A stretch of DNA of 64,000 nucleotides from an uncultured Actinomycetes bacterium. GTDB lineage: Bacteria > Actinomycetota > Actinomycetes > Streptosporangiales > Streptosporangiaceae. The position numbers and the translations under genes were made by a program. Location: assembly GCA_963822765.1 (NCBI GenBank), contig CAWGJL010000016.1, forward strand, positions 79,158 to 143,157, read 5' to 3'. How positions within the stretch are numbered: position 1 is the stretch's first letter; each line of letters begins with the position of its first letter. Shown here piece by piece: positions 20,233 to 27,138 of the stretch. The notes below the pieces were generated by a model. It was not told where the DNA came from, made no database searches, and saw nothing but the letters and a program-made list of their open reading frames with translations.

Positions 20233-20885
20233 GCCAGCCGCCGCTCGGCGGCCCACCGGGTCAGCTGGTGCCGCGACGACAGCTGCAGCTTGCGCAGCAC
20301 CGACGATACGTGCGACTCGACCGTCTTGACCGAGATGTACAGCTCGCGCGCGATCTCCTTGTACGTGTAGCCCTGCGCGATCAGCCGCAGCACCTCCCGC
20401 TCCCGCGAGGTCAGCTGGTCAAGCTCCGGATCGAACGACGGCTTGACCCCCGCCGGGGAAGAGTCAGCGGCGAACGCGTCCAGCACGAACCCGGCCAGCC
20501 GGTGCGAGAACACCGCGTCGCCCGCCGCCACCCGCTGGATCGCATCGGCCAGCTCAGCGGTGGAAATGGTCTTCGTCACGTACCCGCGCGCGCCCGCCCG
20601 GATCACCGCGATCACGTCCTCGGGCGCGTCCGACGCGGACAGCGCCAGGAAGCGAACGGACGGGAACAAAGGCTTGATCGCCTCGATCACGGCCTGCCCG
20701 CCGCCGCCCGGCAGGTGCACGTCGAGCAGCACCACCTCGGGCTGCACCGACGTGATCAGGTCGATCGCGGGCTGCACGTCGTCCGCCTCGCCGAGCACCT
20801 CGACCCGCCGGCCAAGCTCGGACCGCACCCCGGACCGGAACAGCCCGTGGTCATCCACCAGCACCACCCGCGGCGTGCCGCTCAC
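20229..20885 (-). CDS. NarL/LuxR-family two-component response regulator
   Basis: REC domain VVLVDDHGLFRSG and LLDVHLPGGGG. LuxR HTH LTSREREVLRLIAQGYTYKEIARELYISVKTVESHV. Confidence 0.9.
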   Translation of the reverse strand: MSGTPRVVLVDDHGLFRSGVRSELGRRVEVLGEADDVQPAIDLITSVQPEVVLLDVHLPGGGGQAVIEAIKPLFPSVRFLALSASDAPEDVIAVIRAGARGYVTKTISTAELADAIQRVAAGDAVFSHRLAGFVLDAFAADSSPAGVKPSFDPELDQLTSREREVLRLIAQGYTYKEIARELYISVKTVESHVSSVLRKLQLSSRHQLTRWAAERRLA

Positions 20886-22258
20886 GACGCACCCCCCGAA
20901 CGAGCCGGGGCGGCCGCGGGCCGCGCGATCCGAAGCGTCACCTTGGTTCCCTCACCTTCCGCGCTCACCACGTCCGCCGTCCCGCCGCGCCGGGCCATCC
21001 GCCCGTACACGGACTCGGCCAGCCCCTTGCGGTCCGCGGGCACCGAGGAAGGGTCGAAGCCCTTCCCGCGGTCCCGGACGACCAGAGACACCGAGTCCGG
21101 CTCGACCTCGGCGAACAGCGAGATCACCCCGGCCCCGGACCATTTCGCCGCGTTGACGGTGGCCTCCCGGGCCGCGGCCAGCAGCGCGTTCAGGTTCTCG
21201 TCCAGCTCGCAGTCCCCGACCGTCACCGCCTCGACCGGGACCCCGTACCGGGACTCCACGTCTTGCTGGATCTGCCGGACGCCCGCGGCGAACGTCATGT
21301 CGGCCTCGGCCTCGCCCGGCGCGCGCCCCTCGAACAGCCAGGACCGCAGCTCCCGTTCCTGCATCCGCGCCAGCCACACGACCTTCTGCGGGTCGTCCGC
21401 GCGCCGCTGGATCAGGGCCAGCGTCTGCAGCACCGAGTCGTGCACCCGGGCCGAGATGTCGGCCCGTTCCTCGGCCCGGACCTTGGCCTGGCGCTCCAGC
21501 ACCAGGTCCCGCGCGATCCGCAGCCACCACGGCCCGAGCAGCACCACGATGCCGGCGATGACCAGCACCACTCCGCCGAGCGGGCGCAGTAGCGCCAGGC
21601 TCTCCCTGGCCGAGGCCAGCCACCCCGCGCCGGCGAACACCAGCGCTCCGGCGAGCGCCACCCGGATCACCGCCCGGCGCCCGGGCCGGCCCCGGCCGGG
21701 CCCGACGCCCGCCGCGCTCAGCGGCTCGACCAGCCGGCGCAGCGTGGCCTGCTCGTCCGGCGAGGCGTTCCGCCAGATCAGGGCCAGCCCCGCCACGGTC
21801 ACCGTCTGCGGCCACGCCCAGCCGGCGAACCAGCCGTCGTTGAATACGCCGCCCACCAGCAGCACCAGCGCCAGCAGCGTGGCCAGGCCCGCCGCGAGCG
21901 CGATGCCCGCCGAGTCCGACCGGGCCCGGCTGCCGATGTTCGTGTCCTCGCCCGCGGCCGGGATCAGCAGCCACCCGACCACGTAGAACGGCACGCAGAA
22001 CCCGCCACTGACCAGGGCGATCAGCACGAAGACGATCCGCACGGTGGTGACGTTGACGCCCCTCCAGGCCGCCACGCCGGAGGCCACGCCGCCGGCCAGC
22101 CGGTCCGCCGTGTCCCGCCGCAGCGGTCCGCCGTTCCCCCGGTGCCGCATCCAGAACGGCCCGCGGTGCCGGCGCCCGAACGGCCCGTGCGGCCCCCACG
22201 GGCCGAACTGGTCGCGTCCGCGCTGCCAGGGTGCCGGATCCTCCATGCCATCCATCAT
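20882..22258 (-). CDS. PspC-domain sensor histidine kinase (LiaS/NarX-type HisKA_3)
   Basis: N-terminal PspC motif LAGGVASGVAAWRGVNVTTVRIVFVL, TM segments, H-box ARVHDSVLQTLALI, HATPase VVRDRGKGFD. Its stop overlaps the RR start. Confidence 0.85.
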   Translation of the reverse strand: MMDGMEDPAPWQRGRDQFGPWGPHGPFGRRHRGPFWMRHRGNGGPLRRDTADRLAGGVASGVAAWRGVNVTTVRIVFVLIALVSGGFCVPFYVVGWLLIPAAGEDTNIGSRARSDSAGIALAAGLATLLALVLLVGGVFNDGWFAGWAWPQTVTVAGLALIWRNASPDEQATLRRLVEPLSAAGVGPGRGRPGRRAVIRVALAGALVFAGAGWLASARESLALLRPLGGVVLVIAGIVVLLGPWWLRIARDLVLERQAKVRAEERADISARVHDSVLQTLALIQRRADDPQKVVWLARMQERELRSWLFEGRAPGEAEADMTFAAGVRQIQQDVESRYGVPVEAVTVGDCELDENLNALLAAAREATVNAAKWSGAGVISLFAEVEPDSVSLVVRDRGKGFDPSSVPADRKGLAESVYGRMARRGGTADVVSAEGEGTKVTLRIARPAAAPARSGGAS

Positions 22259-22389
22259 CGCTCCCCGTACGCGCGCGTGGGTATAGGGACCAACCCTGAC
22301 CCGACCCCTACTCCGGCCGGAATGGATCAGGGTCGGATCAGGGATCATCCCCGATGCGCGGCCCCGGCCCGGGGACGCAATCTAGGGCC

Positions 22390-22695
22390 ATGAACACGAG
22401 CACCGTGAACCCAGAAGACACCACCACCACCGAATCCGAGCGGAACACCCAGCCCGCTCCGGAGCACGCCCTCCTCCGCCGGTCCTACACCGACCGCATG
22501 CTGGGCGGCGTGGCCGGGGGCCTGGCCCGCTACTTCAACGTCGACCCGATGATCGTCCGGATCGCGTTCGTCGTCCTGACCATCGTCGGCGGCGCGGGCA
22601 TCCCGCTCTACCTGGCCGGCCTGCTGCTGATCCCCGACGAGGGCAGCGACCAGTCCATCGCCAGCGCCCTCATCGAGTCCCTCGCCAGGAGGTAG
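22390..22695 (+). CDS. PspC-domain protein
   Basis: RMLGGVAGGLARYFNVDPMIVRIAFVVLTIVGGAGIPLYLAGLLLIP. Divergent from the PspC-kinase. Confidence 0.8.
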   Translation: MNTSTVNPEDTTTTESERNTQPAPEHALLRRSYTDRMLGGVAGGLARYFNVDPMIVRIAFVVLTIVGGAGIPLYLAGLLLIPDEGSDQSIASALIESLARR

Positions 22696-22699
22696 CACC

Positions 22700-23152
22700 A
22701 TGTCGTCGCAGCGCACCAATACCCTCGGCGGCTTCTCCCCGCTGTTCCGGGGCATGTACTCCGACCAGCACCTGCGCGTCTCGGACGCCGAGCGGCAGAC
22801 CGTGACCGACCGGCTGTCCGAGCACTTCGCGGACGGCCGGCTTGACCAGGCCGAGTTCGACGACCGGGTCGGGCGGGCCATGAACGCCAAGACCCGGGGC
22901 GACCTGAGCGGCCTGTTCTCCGACCTGCCGGAAACAGGGGCTCCGGCAGTCGCGGACCACGCCCGCGGCCGGCGGCGCCGTCACCCCGTGCTGGTCTTCG
23001 TGCTGCTCGTCCTGTTCATCATGGCGACCGCGCACGCGGTGCTGTGGGCGACCCTGCCCTGGCTGTGGGTGGCGTTTCTCGGCCTCGCCCTGTTGTTCGT
23101 CACCGGCACGGTCGGCCGGCACCGCCCGCACCAGGACCGTGAAAACCTTTAA
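22700..23152 (+). CDS. DUF1707 (SHOCT-like) domain membrane protein
   Basis: LRVSDAERQTVTDRLSEHFADGRLDQAEFDDRVGRAMNAKTRGDLSGLFSDLP followed by two TM helices. Confidence 0.8.
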   Translation: MSSQRTNTLGGFSPLFRGMYSDQHLRVSDAERQTVTDRLSEHFADGRLDQAEFDDRVGRAMNAKTRGDLSGLFSDLPETGAPAVADHARGRRRRHPVLVFVLLVLFIMATAHAVLWATLPWLWVAFLGLALLFVTGTVGRHRPHQDRENL

Positions 23153-23162
23153 AACATTTTGG

Positions 23163-23182
23163 CCGAACGGAACGTGGTTCCA
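23163..23182 (+). repeat. Copy 3 of conserved 20-nt motif (CCGAACGGAACGTGGTTCCA)
   Basis: Preceded by CCTTTAAAACATTTTGG. Lies in a convergent intergenic gap. Confidence 0.6.
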
Positions 23183-23230
23183 CCCCCGCGACCTGCACAG
23201 GAGCGCCCCGGGGCGGGACCGCGTTCGCGT

Positions 23231-23650
23231 TCACGCCGTGGGTCTTGCCTGACGGGCCGGCAGGCCGCAGCATAGGGGTATGGAGCCTGGGCCGGCCATC
23301 CCGCCACCGCCCGGTACCACGCTGTCCGGCACCGAGATCCCGCCGCCGCCCGGCACCACGCTGCCCGGCACCAAGATCCCGCCGCCGCCCAGCACCGCGG
23401 TCTCGTGCTCGGCCATCCCGCCGCCGCCGGTCACCGCGCTGTCCTGCACCGCGATCTCGATCGCGCCCAGTACCGCGCTTGACTGCTCGGCCATCCCGGT
23501 GGCGCCCAGCACCAACCTGTCCCGGTCCGCGATACCGTCGCCACCCAGCACGGCCGTCTCGTGCTCGGCCATCCCGCCGCCGCCCAGCACCAAGCTGACC
23601 TGCTCAGCTATCCCGCCGCCGCCCAGCACGGCGGTCTTGTGCTCGGCCAT
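23231..23650 (-). CDS. Hypothetical Gly-rich 13-residue-repeat protein (139 aa)
   Basis: ORF spans the whole repeat array, 61 nt downstream of the GntR gene on the same strand. The minus frame has typical G-rich first and mixed second codon positions. The overlapping plus frame (IPPPPSTAVSCSA repeats) fits less well. No signal peptide and no known family. Confidence 0.4.
   Translation of the reverse strand: MAEHKTAVLGGGGIAEQVSLVLGGGGMAEHETAVLGGDGIADRDRLVLGATGMAEQSSAVLGAIEIAVQDSAVTGGGGMAEHETAVLGGGGILVPGSVVPGGGGISVPDSVVPGGGGMAGPGSIPLCCGLPARQARPTA
23261..23650. repeat. Ten degenerate 39-bp tandem repeats (alternating, so the higher-order unit is 78 bp)
   Basis: On the minus strand the units read MAEHKTAVLGGGG / IAEQVSLVLGGGG / MAEHETAVLGGDG / IADRDRLVLGATG / ... 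/ ISVPDSVVPGGGG. Confidence 0.9.
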
Positions 23651-23711
23651 CCCGCCGCCGCCGCCGACCGGACGGCAGCCGAGCCACCCGCAGCCCGCGA
23701 GCTGACGCCGC

Positions 23712-24542
23712 TCAGATCCCGCCCGCCAGCTCCGAGCTCCACACCACGAGCTTGGTCAGGTCGCCGCGGAACAGGTCCCGCGCGAATTCCAGCGGCTCGC
23801 CGGACCGGGCGTACGCGGTCCGCTCGACCAGCATCAGCGGCGCGCCCACGTCAACCTCGAGCGCCTCGGCCTCGCGCACCCCGGCCGTCACCGCCTCCAG
23901 GCTCTCCCGGGCCCGGTGCGGCCGCAGCCCGTACCTGACCTCGAGCAGCTCGTACAGCGAGCCGTCCAGCCGGCCGTCAAGCAGTCCGGGGAACCGCTCG
24001 GCCGGGAACAGCGAGTGTTCCAGCACCATGGGCAGGCCGTCGGCCAGCCGGATCCGCCTGATCTCGTACGCCTGGCCGTCCGCGCCGACCTGCAGCGCCG
24101 CCCCGGCGGCCGGGCCCGCCGGGCGCACGGTGGCGGACAGCACCCGGGCCCCGGCCACCATCCCGTGCCTGCGCAGCTGCTCGGAGAACCCGGCCAGCGT
24201 GGTCAGGTCCTGCTCCAGTTTGGGCGCGGCCACGAACGTCCCGCCGTGCCGCCCCATGGTCCGCGAGACCAGGCCGCGGCGGCCCAGTTCGGCCAGCGCG
24301 TGCCGCAGCGTCATCCGGCTGACCCCGAACCACGCGGCCAGGTCGTGCTCGGTCGGCAGCCGGTCGCCAGGTACCAGCGCGCCGGCCGCGATCTGGCCCG
24401 CCAGCCAGTCCTCGATCTGCCCGTGCACGGTGGTGCCCGGCCCGCGGACGATCTCCGGCGGCTGCCGGGCGCCGGTGCGCAGCGCGGGGCGGACCCGACG
24501 GCGCCCGCCCGCTGGCTGCCCGGTGCTGGGCTGCGGGGTCAT
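23712..24542 (-). CDS. GntR-family transcriptional regulator, HutC/UTRA subfamily
   Basis: wHTH LPTEHDLAAWFGVSRMTLRHALAELGRRGLV plus a UTRA-like effector domain. Immediately downstream of the permease gene. Confidence 0.9.
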   Translation of the reverse strand: MTPQPSTGQPAGGRRRVRPALRTGARQPPEIVRGPGTTVHGQIEDWLAGQIAAGALVPGDRLPTEHDLAAWFGVSRMTLRHALAELGRRGLVSRTMGRHGGTFVAAPKLEQDLTTLAGFSEQLRRHGMVAGARVLSATVRPAGPAAGAALQVGADGQAYEIRRIRLADGLPMVLEHSLFPAERFPGLLDGRLDGSLYELLEVRYGLRPHRARESLEAVTAGVREAEALEVDVGAPLMLVERTAYARSGEPLEFARDLFRGDLTKLVVWSSELAGGI

Positions 24543-24549
24543 GCCGGGA

Positions 24550-26106
24550 TCAAGCAGCCGCCGCCCCGGAGCCGCCTGCGGCCGCCTCGACCGGGTCGTC
24601 GTCGGGTGGCGCGGTCACCGGCGCGAACGCCTTGGTCCGCCCGACCGCCAGGTAGTAGATGGCCCCGACCAGCGCGATGAAGACCACCACGGTCCACAGG
24701 ATCGGGATCCCGTCCAGGAAGTTCAGCTTGAGCAGCCCGCCTTCCTGGTTGGGCTTGGGGTTGCTGGCTAGCCGCGGCCAGGCGAAGTTGACCAGCATGG
24801 CCCCGCCGTACAGCAGAGCGACGACGTTGACCAGCAGGCCCCAGCGGCCCAGCCGGAACGGCGCGCGCGTCCTCGGCCAGCCGCGGACGCGCGCGCGCAT
24901 GATCACGATATTGCCCAGGAAGTAGCTCAGGTAGATCATGCCGGTGGCCGCGATGGCGATGATCGCGACCCCCGAGTACTGGTAGAAGGGGATCGCGGCG
25001 ATCGCCGCGACCGCGACGCAGCTCCACACCGGGGTGTGCAGGCTGGGGGAGACCCTGGACAGGAACTTGGACCCCGGCAGCTGGTTATCCCGCGACATCC
25101 CGAAGCACAGTCGGATCGTCGCGGCCAGGATCGACAGGCAGCAGACAAAGATCGCCGCGGAGACCACGAACAGGTAAAGGGTGGCGAAGCCGGTAGAGAA
25201 GTTGGCCTCGATGACCTGCGCCGGGCTCCAGCCGAGGCCCGAGGTGGCGGTTTTCAGGTTCGGGATCGCCACCAGCGCGCCCAGCAGGAACACGCCGCCG
25301 ATGATGAACGCGCCAATTACCGAGTACAGCACCGCCTTGGGCGCGGCCCGGCGCGGGTCCTTGGTCTCCTCGGACAGCGTCGAGGCGGTGTCGAAGCCAT
25401 AGATCACAAAGAGGCTCATGAACATCGCGGCCAGGAACGAGGCCGGCTCGACACGGAAGCCCGCGCTGTTGGTCACCACGTGAAAGCCCTGGTGGTTGTG
25501 GAACGCCATCAGCACGATCGCGAATACGAACATGCCGAGGATCTCGAACACCACGCCAGTGTTGTTGATGAGCGCGACCAGCCGGACCCCGTAGATGTTC
25601 AGGATCGTGATCACGACCAGCGTGATCAGCGCCACGACCAGCTGGGTGTTCAGGCTGCCCGCGTTCAGCGAGTGCCAGCCGAGCCCGTTCAGCGCGGGGA
25701 TCAACGCCAGCGGCAGCGTGGCCACCACCGCGGCGACGGTCAGGATGCCGGCGAACAGGTAGATCCACCCGGTGAACCACGAATACGAGCGGCTGGCCAT
25801 GAACTTGGTCCACTGGAAGACCGAACCCGCCACCGGGTAGTGGCTGGACACCTCGGCGAAGTTCAGCGCCACGATGAACTGCCCGAGCGCGACCACCGGC
25901 CAGGTCCAGATGAACACCCCGCCGAGGGTGGTCAGGCCCAGCGCGAACAGCGTGAAGATCCCGGTCGACGGCGAGATGTAGCTGAACGCGACCGCGAACG
26001 AGCTGAACAGCCCGAGCGAGCGCTTGAGTTCCTGCTTGTAGCCGAACCGGGCCAGGTCGGCGGAGTCCCGCTCCTGCCCGCCGGAAACCTCGGTGCCAGT
26101 GCTCAT
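24550..26106 (-). CDS. APC-superfamily amino acid/amine permease
   Basis: 518 aa, about 12 TM. N-terminal LKRSLGLFSSFAVAFSYISPSTGIF is typical of APC transporters. Confidence 0.9.
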   Translation of the reverse strand: MSTGTEVSGGQERDSADLARFGYKQELKRSLGLFSSFAVAFSYISPSTGIFTLFALGLTTLGGVFIWTWPVVALGQFIVALNFAEVSSHYPVAGSVFQWTKFMASRSYSWFTGWIYLFAGILTVAAVVATLPLALIPALNGLGWHSLNAGSLNTQLVVALITLVVITILNIYGVRLVALINNTGVVFEILGMFVFAIVLMAFHNHQGFHVVTNSAGFRVEPASFLAAMFMSLFVIYGFDTASTLSEETKDPRRAAPKAVLYSVIGAFIIGGVFLLGALVAIPNLKTATSGLGWSPAQVIEANFSTGFATLYLFVVSAAIFVCCLSILAATIRLCFGMSRDNQLPGSKFLSRVSPSLHTPVWSCVAVAAIAAIPFYQYSGVAIIAIAATGMIYLSYFLGNIVIMRARVRGWPRTRAPFRLGRWGLLVNVVALLYGGAMLVNFAWPRLASNPKPNQEGGLLKLNFLDGIPILWTVVVFIALVGAIYYLAVGRTKAFAPVTAPPDDDPVEAAAGGSGAAAA

Positions 26107-26173
26107 CTGGGGGACCTCCCCTTGCGACCGACGGACGCTCGTTTGAGCGCTAAATGTACGACCGCAACCCTTT

Positions 26174-26187
26174 ACTGTCTAGACCCA
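26174..26187. promoter_or_regulatory. dre-like GntR/HutC operator candidate 1
   Basis: ACTGTCTAGACCCA with core GTCTAGAC at 26177-26184, in the divergent permease/kinase intergenic region. Confidence 0.5.
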
Positions 26188-26214
26188 TAAACGGCAAAGC
26201 ATTACCGTGGCCCC

Positions 26215-27138
26215 GTGACGCCCTCAGGGTCTAGACCGGAACTCGACGCGCTCCTCGACCAGACCGTTTCCCTGGCCGCCCGGCCGCGCACCGTGGAGGA
26301 ACTGCCCGGCGGCCTGACCAACCGCAACTACAAGGTCAGCACGCCGGACGGGACCTTCGTCGCGCGCCTGGCCTCGGGCGGCACCGAGCTGCTGGCCATC
26401 GACCGGGACTGCGAGTACCGGAACTCGGTGGCCGCGGCCGCCGCCGGGGCCGGGGCGCCGGTCATCGAGTACCGCCCCGCCGACCGCCTGCTGGTCCTGC
26501 GCTTCATCGAGGGGCGGACGCTGGACGCCGCCGACGTCGCCGCCGGGCCGAACCTCCCGCGCATCGCGGCGGCCTGCCGCCGGCTGCACGCGGGCGCCCG
26601 GTTCGGCAACGACTTCGACATGTTCGACATCCAGCGCGGGTACCGGGCCGTGGCCCGCGAGCACGGCTTCCGCGTCCCGGCCGGCTACGACGACCTGCTC
26701 CCGCCGTTCGCCGCGGCCCGCAACGCGCTCGCGGTCCGGGCCGCCGCGACCGTCCCCTGCCACAACGACCTGCTCGCCGCCAACTTCATCGACGACGGGG
26801 ACCGGATCTGGCTCATCGACTACGAGCTGTCCGGCAACAACGACCCCTGCTTCGAGCTGGGCAACATCGCGTCCGAGTCTCGCCTTGATGCCAATGCCCT
26901 GGCCGCGCTGGTCACCGCGTACTACGGCCGTCCCCGGCGCGCCATGATCGCCAGGGCCCGGCTGTTCGGCCTGGTCAGCATGTACGGGTGGACGTTGTGG
27001 GGCGCGATCCAGAACGGCGCAAGCCCGATCGAGTACGACTTCTGGTCCTGGGCCATGGAACGCTTCGAGGGCGCCGCCGCCGGCTTCACCGCCCCCGGCT
27101 TCCCCGCCCTGCTCGAGGAGGTCCAGCTCGATGACTGA
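26215..27138 (+). CDS. Choline/ethanolamine kinase-family phosphotransferase
   Basis: LPGGLTNRNYKV, Brenner motif CHNDLLAANFI, choline-kinase motif LIDYELSGNNDPCFELGNI. Confidence 0.8.
   Translation: MTPSGSRPELDALLDQTVSLAARPRTVEELPGGLTNRNYKVSTPDGTFVARLASGGTELLAIDRDCEYRNSVAAAAAGAGAPVIEYRPADRLLVLRFIEGRTLDAADVAAGPNLPRIAAACRRLHAGARFGNDFDMFDIQRGYRAVAREHGFRVPAGYDDLLPPFAAARNALAVRAAATVPCHNDLLAANFIDDGDRIWLIDYELSGNNDPCFELGNIASESRLDANALAALVTAYYGRPRRAMIARARLFGLVSMYGWTLWGAIQNGASPIEYDFWSWAMERFEGAAAGFTAPGFPALLEEVQLDD
26225..26240. promoter_or_regulatory. dre-like GntR/HutC operator candidate 2
   Basis: CAGGGTCTAGACCGGA containing the perfect 10-bp palindrome GGTCTAGACC (26228-26237). Its core lies 52 bp from site 1 and overlaps the first codons of the kinase-like gene. 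Confidence 0.5.

Noticed and set aside
23280-23705. Plus-strand Pro-rich repeat ORF (IPPPPSTAVSCSA)x10
   Set aside because: It covers the same DNA as the minus-strand repeat ORF. Its second codon position is GC-saturated and its first position is GC-poor, which is atypical for coding sequence here. It is kept only as an alternative.
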